The notes under the pieces are model-generated. The model saw only the letters and a program-made list of their open reading frames with translations. It ran no database searches and was not told where the DNA came from. Below, one piece after another: positions 1 to 14,439 of a stretch of 64,000 nucleotides of DNA. Numbering within the stretch: position 1 is the first letter of the stretch; each line of letters begins with the position of its first letter. Made by a program: the position numbers and the translations under genes. This stretch comes from Epiperipatus broadwayi (lineage: Eukaryota; Animalia; Onychophora), in NCBI GenBank assembly GCA_028023455.1, contig JAQFVV010000005.1, forward strand, positions 8,246,001 to 8,310,000, given 5' to 3'.

Positions 1-361
1 AAAGAAGGCACTGAAAATATTAGGCATCTATTAATTGAATGTAAATACTTACAAGCAGAAAGGCTACAAATAATGATGTTGTGGAGAAATAAATATAAAC
101 AAGATGGTTATACAGAAAATGGGATCTTGGTTTTTATACTGGGTTTGGAAAAAGATAAGGGAGATTTAGATATAAAGGTCATAAAGTGGATAAACATGAT
201 GACATGGAAAGTGTATGGAGCAGGAGAGATAAGAATATGGGAAAAACTTAGGGTGAGCAATGGAAAGGGAAGGTAAGGTTGCTAACAGTTTTCTCTGGGC
301 ATAGTGGCTGAGAGGTTTTTGATTTCAATAAACAAGAACCCATAGTGCATCACGTCATATG
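1..361 (+). mobile_element. 3' end of a non-LTR retrotransposon (RTE-X-like family), running off the window start
   Basis: Frame 1 reads KEGTENIRHLLIECK...VFILGLEKDKGDLDIKVI, nearly the same as ORF 9007-9267 (KEGIENIRHLLIECK...VFMLGLGKDKGDLDLKVI). The 3' UTR (gctaacag..ctgggcata..gctgaga) and decayed CATCA tail (catcacgtcatat) match the 8725-9070 copies. Confidence 0.8.
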
Positions 362-1615
362 TAAAAACAGCAGGATAAATGTGCTATTGTTATACTTATA
401 AAGACTAAGACTGGAGAATTGTTTCATTACTAAAAGCAGAACTAAAAAGAGTTTACATATATAAAAAAAGACAAAATATTGTTTGTGAGTCATTTTATAA
501 AATTAATAAGAAACACTTTATTTTTTTAAAGATTAGAAGGATAAATGGAATGATTTGCTTTGTAAATTGTTCCTGAAGGTGTAGTAAGTATTAAACTTTG
601 TTAATAAAAAGGAAACATAACAAAAAGTATTACCACAATGCAATTATAAGAAAATAAGTATTTTCTAAATGAGTATAGCGAAAGTGGGCCTTTTGTTTCT
701 GTAATGGAATTGTACAATAGTAAAGATAACAGGATTGCTGCTATTGAATGAACAAAAGTGATATTATGGAAATAGAATAGAATTTTTTAAAAAACATTGA
801 TATTTTGTATATTGTACAGGGTAAGAAATTAAGAGAAAAAATAGGATGGCTAACTTTTCTTTTTGGTTTATATGTTAAGAGATTCCTAGCTTTGATAAAG
901 AAGAAGTTTGTGTTAAATAACTTCATATGAGTCTAAAATGTTTCTATGAGAGTAATAGTGTTAATTTTTTAGATGTATGAAGTGTTTTCATTAGAAATGC
1001 ATCTTCATTTAGAGGAAATGGCTATATTTATTAAAAGGTGGAGGAGAAAATATTAGATAAGTTAATTTATAATAAATTTCTTCTCTTAAAAGGGACACAT
1101 ATAAGAATAAAGATACAATGTTAAAAGTAAATGTTAAAAGGAAGAATATGTTTCAATGTGGGTATGTGAACATAATATGACACAATATGTGTGAATAGAA
1201 AACAAGTTTATTTGCAGATAATGCCTCAAAATAATTATTAGAAAAGAATATTTTAAAAAAGAGCTAAAAATGTTAATATAAAACTTTGTTTTATAAATAC
1301 ACAAGAAGAGAGAGAAATATGAATGTGGAAAATATAGAAATTTTTTATAGAAAAAAAAATATATATTTGTTAATAGTGATAAACATTTGATGGATGAACA
1401 ATTAACACATGTTCAGAAATGTGGGTAATGAAGCCAAATAGATGTGATAAGTTTAAGAAAGTAATTGTGAATATCATATGTAGATTAGAGTGAGTTTAGC
1501 TAAAGAGTATATGTTTTATATAGTATATCTATCAACTGGAAATAAGAATGACTATAGAAAGAATAATTATAAAATATTGATTCTGTATAAATGGTTAACT
1601 TTTCTTATACAATTG

Positions 1616-1824
1616 TAATTAAATTATGAGTACCAGGAATGCTAAGTAAGAAAAGCTTAAGAATAAAAGTTTTTATTATCTTATGCAGAGCATCTTTCAA
1701 TATCTTAAATCTTGATAACATACTCATATCAAGATTAAGATATTCAAAGCTGCTCAGCATAAAATAATAACTTTTATTCTTAAGCTTTCTTACTTAGTAT
1801 TCCAAGTGCTCATAATTTAAATTA
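1616..1824. repeat. Fold-back / MITE-like inverted repeat, ~100-bp arms, 9-bp spacer
   Basis: 1616-1717 is the diverged reverse complement of 1727-1824 (tcttgata/tatcaaga; ctaagtaagaaa/tttcttacttag; aaattatgag/ctcataattt). Confidence 0.85.
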
Positions 1825-2879
1825 AAGTATTGATTGCAGATAATGTGCATGGATAAATGAATAGAGTTGATGGAAATAGAATATTATTAAAGAGAACGTG
1901 TGAAAAAACGTATTGAAAATTGATGATATTTTTAATACCTATATACAAAATGTTTCTTTCAAATTAATAGCCAAATTAATTTTTAAATAACATATGTTCA
2001 ACATCAAACTAATTTTTATTTTTCACATAAACAATTACAAAATGGTTATTATCTAATGGTCATGTGACAATTATTTTATAGATACTAGGGGCAGCAGCTA
2101 GAAAATAATGTTATGCTACACGAGGATTGATTATACATATATTGAAAAGTTTTTGTGCTAGTAATGACACTACTATAAAGAGAATAAATTTTCTTTAAAT
2201 GTTAAATTACCTAATATCAATTCGAAGTAAATGTATTGCATAACAAACAATATGCAGATATTTATCATACAATTTAATTGTAAAATTACGCACTTTAAAA
2301 CATCAACAAAAATAATTTTTAAACAATAGAATATTGTAAATGTTTTTATCACATGCACACACACATATATAGTTCAGACATTTTAAAAGTGATGCATAAT
2401 GTGTATATACTTTTTATACAATTTAATTTAAAATATATTTACATTTAAAGTATACAAAAATAGAATGCTTTGCTATAGTTCTAATAAATTAAGAGAAAAC
2501 ATTCAATGGACTGTTTTCTTATTAAGGTGTGTGTATGTTACTGTGTTCATTTAATTATTGTCCTCTCTCAGAACCAAAAATTAAACTTTATTCACGTCAT
2601 ATAAATTGTTGATGACAAAATGCAAAAACTACAATATCCAAATAATATTAATGTTGTAAATTTACATGTTTAATTATGCAGATAGAAGTCAGTATTTTCT
2701 AATGCAGTGGCAGCAATCTTAATCTAGATGAAATATTTTATCAGAGAAAGTGAAGTTTTTACATAATTGAATTTTTTTTCCAATTACTGCTTAATTTAAA
2801 AAATGTAAGAAAATAAAAATTCCTTTATATAAGATTTCTCTCAGATTTTAAAAATGAAAGAAATTTAATCATGAATATC

Positions 2880-3160
2880 AGACTAGAATTTCAAATAATA
2901 ACAGTTATGGCATCATGAATTTAGATTGCATTATATATACAAGATCCAAATCAAATAATTTTTACTTTCTATTGTGATCACAAGTATGTCATTGAGATAT
3001 ATATCAAATTCAAATAATGAACATGATATTAATCCAAATCTTATACTCATTGTGAATATCTAGTTTAAAAATAGTCACTTTTTAAAATCCTATCATAATA
3101 ATAGTCTTAAAACTAGGATCAGAGTTTATACCCTCAGAGTCCTATATGTAGTTTGTTTAT
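2880..3160 (-). pseudogene. Possible decayed LINE reverse-transcriptase fragment
   Basis: Minus-strand SIRFGLISCSLFEFDIYLNDILV resembles the RT motif GVRQGxxLSPLLFNIYLNDIL. Heavily stop-interrupted; boundaries approximate. Confidence 0.3.
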
Positions 3161-3809
3161 ATATTTTTTTCACACCCCATGTTTCCACAAGCACTTTTTG
3201 TTTTCTTTTTCTAAGAAATCTCAAATTATCACCATGAAACATTTTCATTAATTGATGCATTACTTCTTTATCTACTTTTGTTTTCTTTTTTACTAGATGG
3301 CAGCTGTGATTAAAAAGAAAATCAGTTTTTCTTCACAAATTTTATATCAGTTATTGATTTGAAAAATTTGTTTTCCTGCAGTCCTTATTATCTTTGAACA
3401 TTTTAAGCAACAAATTGAATGATCTTAAAAAATATTTATATATTTTTGAAATATATTATTCTTATTATTGCAGGCACAGGAGAATGAGAAATTTACTAAA
3501 TATTTTAATTTTGTGTAGTTGTTTTTATAAGGTATTTCATAAGTTAACATATTTCAAGATTTCAGATACTTGATTCTGATTATTTATTTAATTTTTGTTT
3601 TATATGTATATTAAATAATATATATGTAATAGTCAGGAGTAAGCTGTAGGGCTCATATTCAGAATCTATTAAAAGTGAAGAGAGCTCAAGTGAAGCCATT
3701 TCAATTGTAGATGAGAATGATAAAGTTAAGTGCTCCCATATAATGTAGATTGAATGTAAAAACATTTCTTCTTCACATTCTAAATTTTTGTTTAAAGAGA
3801 AACAAAGAC

Positions 3810-4800
<991 letters not shown>

Positions 4801-6049
4801 CAATAAAGCAATTTTTAGAAAGATGTTTTAAATTCAGAATATTATTTGTACATACTATAATGGTACTGCGGAGGTGGTGGTGAAGGGATTATTAAAAAAT
4901 CCTTTAAAAGAGAAACTGAATGCTGTCTACATAAATTTAATACACCATATTTATATCGAAATGCACTGATGCAGCATTTGTGCCACTGATCATATGAGTG
5001 AGTTAAATAAATATCCTTACTTGTAATGATGGTCAAAGCAAAAATACTCAAATTTAAATTATCTGTACTAATGTTCTTTATAAAATGCTGTTGTATTTTT
5101 TGATTAGCATTTCCTCTCAAAGTAATAAAATATGGAACACATACTGAGAAAGAATATAATGTACTTTTATTACTCTAAGTTACAATGTTTATTTTGATCT
5201 TGAACACATTTCTTTGTTTAGAAGACTCTTCTGAAGATTCTGGTTCGAATCCATTCCATATTTTATTAATTTTTCATATTTAGAGCTGATTTCTATCTCA
5301 TGGAAGCACAGACTCTAATGATAATGTTTCAATACTAGCTACAACCAATTCAGTCATTTTAATGGACATTATGGGATGTGAGAATGAGAGTTTGATACTA
5401 GACTGAGCTTATATTCAACAATTACTTTATTAAGCTAACATAATAAATTATGTTAACATTCATACGTCAGACAAAATTGTAAATAAATTGAAATGTAAAT
5501 AATACATTAATTAGGCTTTTTTTTTTTTTCTAAATATGCTATTTTATATTCTTTTTTAACTACAGTGCATAATTTATGATTTTGGTTCAATATTTAAACT
5601 TTCCACAAATAATATCATTAATTAATAGAATATAGGCATTTTCCTTTCAGATTATACTTTATATTTTGGAAAAATAAAATTTTAAAAATAAGTATGTTAC
5701 TGTAAAAAACAAAATAATAAAGCTTAATTTTATATTTACATGGATAAACAATAAAATAAAAACCTATTGTTTTTTAACGTTTTTCTTTCATAATTGAATG
5801 AGGAAAAATTTCTTATCCGTATTATTTACAGTATGTAAATATATATATATAAGTTTTCAGGTACCTAATTACAGATGATTATCAACTTGTATGTTCTTCC
5901 TTCCAGTTTTTATTTACAGATACAGTTCAGAATTTGGTTGAATTGTAATGTCACCTATGAAAAAATTCTAATTTTCTCTCACTTATTTAATTATTTAAAT
6001 AGTGATAATTTTATATATTTTACAGCAGCTTTTTTTATTTTCACTAAGT

Positions 6050-6530
6050 TAAGCAATAGATGTGTGATGACATTCAACAAGCTGCATTTCAATTGATGCT
6101 CAAGCTCAATCTAACAGACTACTCTTCTCTGTGTTACATAGATGAAAATCAAAAGCAGATATACTTTTACAGAGCCTTAGCCAGACATATAGATCAATTG
6201 TGTGCTACAAGTTTGGATTGGTATTCTTTCAGTGTTATGTAAAAGTATTGTCTGCACTGATTACTAAATGGTTTCAGTTAACTCATACTTGAATTCATTA
6301 TAGCAAACGCTTGATAAACAATATGGAAATTATTCTTTTTGTCTTACTCCTTTGAAACAATTTGAGATTCATATAAAACAAATTTCTGCACTTTCTTCTG
6401 CCTTTGTTCACTATTCTAGTGCAATTTGCTCTTATTTTTTCCAAACTCTTTTATAGCTTTATTATATACTGACATAAACGCTTTCCAAAACATGTTTTCC
6501 CTTAACTCATACATTAATCTTGACATCTAT
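6050..6530 (-). pseudogene. Possible decayed LINE fragment (region C-terminal to RT, RTE-like)
   Basis: Minus-strand KVQKFVLYESQIVS...HIVYQAFAIMNS resembles VxKFxYLGSxI...RIxxAxxAFxxLN. Many stops. Confidence 0.33.
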
Positions 6531-7204
6531 AAAAAATATTTTTCAAAGTATAGTAAAAATGTTTAACCTATTACCACATTTTAATTATTGATTGAGTATT
6601 TTTCATCAATTTTAATTACTGCTAGTTTATTTTGAAAAAAAATTTAATTACTTAATGTTTTAAAAATAAATTTGACTTTTTTAAATATTATCTGTATCAT
6701 ATAGTATATATGTTCATAATTATGGCAAACTTGAATACATTCATTACAAATGTTCTAAAACAATTGCTGTCATAATGCACTACTATCACAACCAGTACAA
6801 TAATTTAATTCTATACATTAAATATTTCCAACAACCACAGACTATTTTCACAAAATAACTCTCCCCCAACATCATAAAAATGGATATTTCAATTTAAATT
6901 AGATTGTGAACATATCAATTAATTGATATTGATATTTTGTTCTTTGTTTTATTTTAATGAAATAAATAACTATTGATGCTTGCTAAAATGTATGTTTGGG
7001 TGCATATGCTTTCCTTTGCTTAACTCAACAATCATGTGTTTACTTCTGTCTATTTATTAGTTTATTTGACTTTGTGATAGAAAATTAAAAAATGTACACA
7101 ACACTATCTTGATTTCCTAACTATTACTATTTTTCAACTTAAATTAACCTGGATTTATTTATTTTCCATGTGATTCTTATTTATGATATCACAATGTATA
7201 TATA

Positions 7205-7380
7205 ATTTTTTGCACATGTATGTACATATGTGTTAAAAAGTGGTTTCTTATCTTTATATCATAAAGCTGAGTGCCCCTTTAGTGATGAGCACCATAATTA
7301 AAATACACTCAGCTTTATATTATAAAATTAAAAAAATGAAACCACTTCAATTTGCATATGTACATATGTATACAAAAAAT
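7205..7380. repeat. Fold-back / MITE-like inverted repeat, ~70-bp arms
   Basis: Perfect inner stem ataaagctgagtg (7261-7273) / cactcagctttat (7306-7318); outer arms aagtggtttc/gaaaccactt and atgtacatatg on both sides. Confidence 0.85.
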
Positions 7381-7799
7381 TACAAAAAGGTGAGGGAATA
7401 TTATTATTATATATATAATATTTCAAAATCAAGAATCATGCAACTGTGCAATAAGTAACTGAAATTGTCTGTAGCCATATGAGAAAACAGCAGTCCATTT
7501 TTTTTATATAGAGGGATGCCTAAAACACTTAGGCTAAAAAAAAAATAATATTTATGTCAATTGCAAAATTTGTTTTAAAGATATTTTTAATTGATTCATA
7601 TCATTAATTAGCTTTTGTGTTAATTTTTTTCAATTAAAACATTATCAATACTAATTTAACAATGAAAATAATATATAATACAGTGCTTAATATATATATA
7701 ACATTAAGATAAGATGGTGCAACTGTATAATGAGTAACTGGAATGATTTGATAAAATATGGATACACTATAACACACACAAACATGTAAAACAGAAAAA

Positions 7800-8290
7800 A
7801 AATTAAAACAGTGAATATAAAGAATGATAATAACTGAAGTGCTGTACCATGTTTACCACATAACAGGAAATAAAGCCATAAAGATATGCACTGATAAACT
7901 TAATGTGAATTTTAGAATGCCCATTAATCTAAACGGGCTCATTAATAATACAAAAGCCAAAATACACAAACTGGACCAGCCTAATGCTTATGTCATAGAG
8001 TGCAGCCAAAAGAACTGTCCATACACATACTATGGGAAGACTAAAACTAATTTAAAACAAGAATAACATACTTTAATGTACAAAAAAGCAATGCCTAATT
8101 CTACCAGTACATCACTTTTTTTACAATAATGAGAAAGATCACGGAGACAGTTTTGATCCAAGTTTTATTAAAATAATATGCAAGGAAAGAAATGATAAGA
8201 AACACAAAATTAAAGAGGCATGGTTCATTTTACAAAATGAATCAAAAAACAAAAAGTATTCAAATCAGCAAAAATTGGATCTTGTCAAGT
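7800..8290 (+). mobile_element. Penelope-like element fragment (GIY-YIG endonuclease), disrupted
   Basis: ORF 7824-8066 ends NAYVIECSQKNCPYTYYGKTKTNL (GIY...YIG core). The following frame gives EKDHGDSFDPSFIKIICKERNDKKHKIKEAWFI, the C-terminal half of the Penelope endonuclease, similar to ORF 19070-19426. Confidence 0.82.
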
Positions 8291-8724
8291 GCTGAAAGTG
8301 TATTTGGTTCAATTAATTCCAATAAAATATATACAAATTCTGTTTTGGCATCTTATATTAGTATTAATAATGGCAGTGTGTATATATATGGTAGCCTTTG
8401 GTTTTGATCAAAGCTCCATTAATTTTTTGCTGAATTATTCAGAATAGTGTTTGTTAAAATTTTCCTCATAGAATATATTTTATGGTAGTATATAAGCTTT
8501 CTATCTGGTGCTAAGTTCGAATCAAAATAAAAAGTTCGAATAGGTTTACGTAAAATACTTGGCACATAAAATTCTTTCATAAAGTTTATAAACAGAGATT
8601 ATTTTATTTTAGTGTCATTTAGTAAAGTTTTATTAATTTTATGAGATGACTCGAAGCTGTTTCAAGTCGTTGAAATTCGTCATTTTTAACGCTACGGTAA
8701 AATTTTTACCGTCATTTGAAAGGT

Positions 8725-8895
8725 TATGTGATGTGATGTATTGTGGCTTCTCTTTAAACGAAGTCAAGAATATCTCAGCAATTATGCTCAGATAAAACTG
8801 TTAACCGCTTTATTTTCCATTCCCCACTCTAATTTTTCCCATATTCTGCTCCATCCCATTTCCACAACATAATCTTTGTCAACTCTATAACCTTT
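8725..8895 (-). mobile_element. Severely 5'-truncated LINE copy (3' terminal ~170 bp with its own CATCA tail)
   Basis: Diverged direct repeat of 8897-9067, each beginning atgtgatgtgatgta on the plus strand; period 172 bp. Confidence 0.85.
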
Positions 8896-8896
8896 A

Positions 8897-10090
8897 TATG
8901 TGATGTGATGTATTATGGCTTCTCCTTAAACGAAGTCAAGAATATCTCAGCAATTATGCCCAGATAAACCTGTTAGCCACTTTCTTTTACATTCCCCACT
9001 CTAAATTTACCCATAATCTGCTCTATCCCATTTCCACAACATAATTTTTGTCAACTCTATAACCTTTAAATCTAAATCCCCCTTATCTTTTCCCAAACCC
9101 AGCATAAAAACCAATAATTCACTTTCTGTATAATCACTCTTTTCATATTTATTTTTCAACAACTTCATTATATGTACCCTTTCTGTTTTCAAACATTTAC
9201 ATTCAATTAACAAATGCCTAATATTTTCAATTCCTTCCTTACATAATTTACAAAATAAATCACCCATATTTTTCCATTTACATGTATATTCTTTTGTAGC
9301 TAAAGATCCGTTCGAGCCTTAAACAATAAACTACTTTCCTTACTATTATCATATATTAACTCACACCTAATATTCTGTTTATTTCTATATGTATTTAAAC
9401 TCTTTTTACTCTCCATACTACTTCTCCATCTCTCTAACTCCCTAGTCTTTATTAATAAATTTATTCTTTTATCCCATTCCTTACTACTATAACACTCAAT
9501 AATCCTTTTAACACAATCATCCCATCTTTTGTACAAATATACTGATATAAATTCTTTATCCATTACCTTTCTCACCCATCTTGTTACCTGTCCTTTACTC
9601 ATAACCCAATTAAATACTATTTTAGCTATTCTTTTATTATCCATAAACTGCAATCTACCAAACATTTTCATTTTACTTTTTGCATCTCTCATATGAAAAC
9701 TTGACCATCCCATTTCTCCTTGAATTGCCTCCCTTGCTGTCCATACTTCTGCATCCAATGCATGTCTTCCTACTTCCCTTTGAGCTTTTTCTAAATAATC
9801 TAATATCTTTTTACTAACATATAATGCATCATTACCATATGTTAACCCTGCTATTGTAACTCCTTTCCATATAATTCTAGCTACATCATATTTATTATAT
9901 GAAAATACTATTAATTTCTTTATCAATCCCTTTCTTTTCTTTGCTTCATTTATCAATTTTTTCTCCCATTCATCCAAATAATTTTTCTGATTACTTAAAA
10001 TAATTCCCAAATAACTATATATATTCACCACACTTAACTTAATATCTCCCAATAAAAATTCTACAAATAAAAAATCAATAAAACTGATGT
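8897..10090 (-). mobile_element. 5'-truncated non-LTR retrotransposon, RTE-X-like: RT thumb and C-terminal region, CxxC..E..H..C motif, (CATCA)n tail
   Basis: ORF 9300-10103: LGDIKLSVVNIYSYLGI...AIQGEMGWSSF...YDNSKESSLLFKART. ORF 9007-9267: FCKLCKEGIENIRHLLIEC (frameshift between the two ORFs). Candidate 7-bp TSD aaaggtt at 8719-8725 and 10091-10097. Clade assignment by recall of motifs only. Confidence 0.88.
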
Positions 10091-10099
10091 AAAGGTTTA

Positions 10100-11830
10100 A
10101 CAAAGGGTGGAGTCAGTCTATTCTAAGCGCTGATTGGCTCTCCACTATTGAGGACAAAAGAATTCATATGTCAATAACTTAAACCGTTAAGATTTCTTTT
10201 CTTTCATTTCGAAAGTGATAAACGAATGTTTTAGACTATTTTAAAGTATTTTTTGACATATTATAAATTATTTTGATAAAATATGCTAAAAATAAAATTA
10301 TTATACAAAAATATATAATTTTGGAAAAAAAAATATATAAGATTTTAGTAAAAATGATTTATTTTTCGGGAACGTAAAACTGAGCAAGAAAAAATCACTG
10401 ACATCACAACACTTTCTAGTTGGTTACTAGCATTTGTTTTAGATTTGCTGCTATCAAATATTTTTAGAAATATAAATAGAAATTTATTTTTGAAAAAACT
10501 TTCGTTCACTTTCATAATCTGACAAATTATTAATATACTTTTTACAAACAAAACTAAAGTGAATATAATATTAAAACATGAATATATTTTGACGTTGAGT
10601 TTGTGAGTTGACCAATTAAAAATTTAGACTTTTACCTCACTTGGCCAATAAAGTAATTAGCACTCAAAGGCTAAAGTAGAAACAGTCGCAATGGAGAAAT
10701 TTATGTGTTAACAACATTTTGTAAATTATTAATAGTTTAGAAATGAAAAAGAAAGAATGGGGGGGGGTTAGAATTTACAAACTCAACTTCGTGAGAGTGA
10801 AGAGTAAACAATCGTATTTTTTATAACTGTGAATTATAATGCTATAATTTGATAAAAGTAAATTATCCAAGAAAAAGATCAAGGATCAATCAGAGTATTA
10901 AGCAATCGGTTCAGATAGAATTTTATGTGTGTGTAGAAGTGTATATGTGTAAAATTTATAAATTTTAATTATAGAAATAATTAAAAATCAATGAAAATAA
11001 TGTGGCATCTCAGTGGAAAGCCCTTTTAAAGAAGTATTATTTTGTTTCACTAACTCATTCATAGCAGCCAATTCCCATTCAGAATCCTCGGTTTAAAGTC
11101 AGGTTGTTATGCGTTAATTATTTTATTAAAAAACATCCATTTTTATTTATTTAGAGGGATTTCCAAGAGCAGAGAAAATTTTAACAGAACCAAGTGATAA
11201 TTGTAAAAAGTGTTTATAAATAATTTGTAAAACAATAGTAATCAACTAGTTAAAATTTAGATATCATTAGTTGGGCGGGTCAATCATTCAGGAATTGAAG
11301 GGGGGGATCCAGACAGGATAAAAACTCAACCTGTTCTTTAGAAGGGGCTCTATTCATCATCAGGCTAGCTAGAGAAACCTCGTCAGACTAAATTAGCAAT
11401 TTTCATCCTAAAATTTTAAGTCATATTATTTTTTCTGGTTCTTTTCCTGAATGAAAAACTTCATCAAAAAATTAATAATAATGTAAGAAATGATCAGTGA
11501 GTAAATTTTTATATTAGGCACGTACTTGTTTCTCTGGAAGTTGATCAACTTCAGATTTCTTTCCATACAAATGTAAACAAATCTTAGCAATCGGCAAACA
11601 ATGAAGCTTAAACCGCAGAGAGAATTTTGCTCGGGAAAAATTGAGAAAACACTGTATTCTATGAATCTTTATTTCAAACTTGAATTTATTGAAACTGACG
11701 GATCTAATTATTTGTATTATCCAAAATTCCGAGAGAAGATAATTTTTGATTTTATTAAAAATAAGTGTGGAATTGAATTCCAATGCTAATGTATATATTA
11801 AATCCCATTTGAAATACTTACGGTATCATT
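10100..11830. promoter_or_regulatory. CpG-retaining segment, candidate promoter region
   Basis: About 23 CpG in 1.7 kb versus about 20 in the first 8.4 kb (hand count). CCAAT at ~10612 and ~10645, GGGCGG at ~11273, GTGAGT donor-like site at ~11498. No TE protein recognised. Confidence 0.35.
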
Positions 11831-11859
11831 GTAAATTAAAGTAATCATTTGTCAATGAA

Positions 11860-11895
<36 letters not shown>
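11860..11895 (+). repeat. (ATT)12 microsatellite
   Basis: Direct reading. Confidence 0.98.
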
Positions 11896-11896
<1 letters not shown>

Positions 11897-11952
11897 GAAG
11901 CTTTCACATTATTATAATATTATCTGTTTATGCTTAAATTTGATATATTTAC

Positions 11953-12287
<335 letters not shown>

Positions 12288-14218
12288 GAACATTAGTATG
12301 TGATTGTATGCAAGTAAAAGAATGATTCTTAAACACTTGAACAGTAATTCGATTCACGAGAGGGTAAGCAATGCATAAAATATCTCCAATTTAAAGTATA
12401 GAGTTAGGGCATATTAGGTTGAAATAATTAATGTAAATTACTAGCTCCTTATTATATGGAGAGTTATCTTTGTAAGTAATATGTTTAATCAGAAAATAAA
12501 TCATTTATTTGAGAGCATAAAATATAGGGAGAAATGTGATATTTATTATATTTCAATATTAAGAATTGTTAAAGTAAATAGTATAATCTTTTTTTTTTAT
12601 TCCATGGCAAGTATAACCCCAGTCAGTAAGAGTTAAATAATATTTGTTATTCTATAATGTAGCAAGATCAGCTATTTATTTTATTTTATTTTTTTATATA
12701 CAGTTGAAGAACGGGGAAAGCTATGTGAAGCCTTGTAAATAATGTAGATTTTTTTTTTCCTTTTCTTAAGTTTATATTTGTTAATAAAATTGTTGTTTTA
12801 AAATAAACTTTTGCTTACTTCTCACTATTATGTGGTCTAATAAACTCTAGAAATCCAGATCATGCATCCATACACTATCACTTAAATTCGAAATATAACT
12901 TACTTTGTTAAATCATACCAAGTAAAATTTATTTAAAAGATTATTTTATAAAATTATTAAACACTGCAGAATTCAAATCGCAATTTCAAAATGTTATTAG
13001 AATAATTCAGCACATTTAGATTAAAGATGTATAATAAGCAGTAGGGTTATTGTGTGAGAGAGAGTGCAGTGGGTGGACATAAAATCCTTTATCCATCTGC
13101 TGTATTCAAATATCTTCCCAGATGAACTTGTTAATAATTTCTCTTTAATTATCAAAGTGTTTATAATAGGTTATTTTTAAAATTTATATTTAAAACTTAA
13201 TCTTAATTGTTGGAAATTTAGAGTAAGTGGACATTGGCTATGTTAGAATCAGCCAAGGTCAACTATGGAAGTAATCACTGGTAGAGTATTTATTTATCAC
13301 CAATAATTCGTAGCAAATTATATAGACTTCCAGGCCTTGCAATTCTAAAGCCCTGAGGAGATATTATCAAAGGAGATGAGTGAGCTAGCAAGATGGAGAA
13401 TTTTAGAATAAAGTGAAATAGTAGTACAGATGACCTATGAATGCAAATGTGATGGAGGGATGGATCAGGAGGATGAGGATGGGCATAGGAATATTTTAAT
13501 TCTTTTAAAATTTTAATTGTGACTTTGATGGTAAATGGATGGGAGTGTGCTGAGAAGTAAATTACAGTGGGGAGTTGAGCTTAAATTTTCTTCCTCTCCA
13601 ATAAATATAAAAATTTATGAGAACATTAGTATTAGTTGTAATAATGCTCTCAGTATTTTATTTATTCAATAATTAGTTATTAACCCATTCATTAGATACT
13701 ATTATAAATTATTAAATAAATGATTGAAATAATGAGTGGCATAAGTAAGTTTCATTAAGGTTGAAATTTGGCACCCTGGCAATTCTTGTTATTAGTATGC
13801 TATCCAATTGTTATCGATCCTGAGGCGGACCACACTCAAGATGGGTTAGTTTCAATCGGTTAGTTGGCGAGTTCTTTGATAGGTTATAATATATATATTA
13901 AGCACTGGATACAGAGTAAAATATACAGTACTTTTAAAAACTTTTAAAAAGTTGCCAAATGGGATTCCAGTATTTCCATACTATACTGAGTTAAAATAAT
14001 GGTGAATCAATAAATCACAGAATTAATAGTGCAGTTTTGGTTGTTTATTATATCTACAATATTAGCTATAAAAATTAGTTAATTCTGAAAAGTTTAAAAT
14101 ATTATATTATATACAACACAAATCATTAGTTGAGTTTATATATTAATTTGGTCAGAATGGTTTTCTAAATATATCACAATGGGCAAAAAAGACCTATAGT
14201 TTTTTTTCCATGTGTCAA

Positions 14219-14290
14219 AGCATCGGCTGGGAAGCGAACCCAGGACAACTGCTTGTAAGGCGGCTGTGCTGATCACTCGGCCACCAACGC
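14219..14290 (-). pseudogene. tRNA-Gly(TCC)-derived sequence (tRNA pseudogene or SINE head); anticodon now reads TAC
   Basis: Minus strand GCGTTGGTGGCCGAGTGATCAGCACAGCCGCCTTACAAGCAGTTGTCCTGGGTTCGCTTCCCAGCCGATGC aligns without gaps to the conserved animal tRNA-Gly-TCC as recalled (GCGTTGGTGGTATAGTGGTGAGCATAGCTGCCTTCCAAGCAGTTGACCCGGGTTCGATTCCCGGCCAACGC). A- and B-boxes recognisable; T6 run ~25 nt downstream. Confidence 0.8.
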
Positions 14291-14439
14291 TTGACTTATA
14301 GTTATGAACAGTTTCAATCACTAGAGGACATCACTAGATTTATCATCTAAAATTTCTTATTTATGTTAGCTAATGATTTTACCTAGCAGAATTAGTCTTT
14401 CTAAATGTTTCATTCATTTATCCCTATAGAAAATTTAAA

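Noticed and set aside
420-1560. Purine-rich stretch that may be another decayed LINE RT (also 30100-31200)
   Set aside because: Only vague motif echoes (e.g. TFLFGLYVKRFL); too degraded to support by eye.
11514-11789. Overlapping ORFs 11514-11783 and 11601-11789 as protein-coding genes
   Set aside because: Short, no recognisable domain, composition like AT-rich non-coding DNA.
13766-13780. aaatttggcaccctg as a hAT right TIR
   Set aside because: No matching left TIR or TSD found upstream.
14219-14290. Functional tRNA-Val(TAC) gene
   Set aside because: The body is tRNA-Gly-like, with a mismatched anticodon stem and altered T-loop and discriminator; treated as pseudogene or SINE head.
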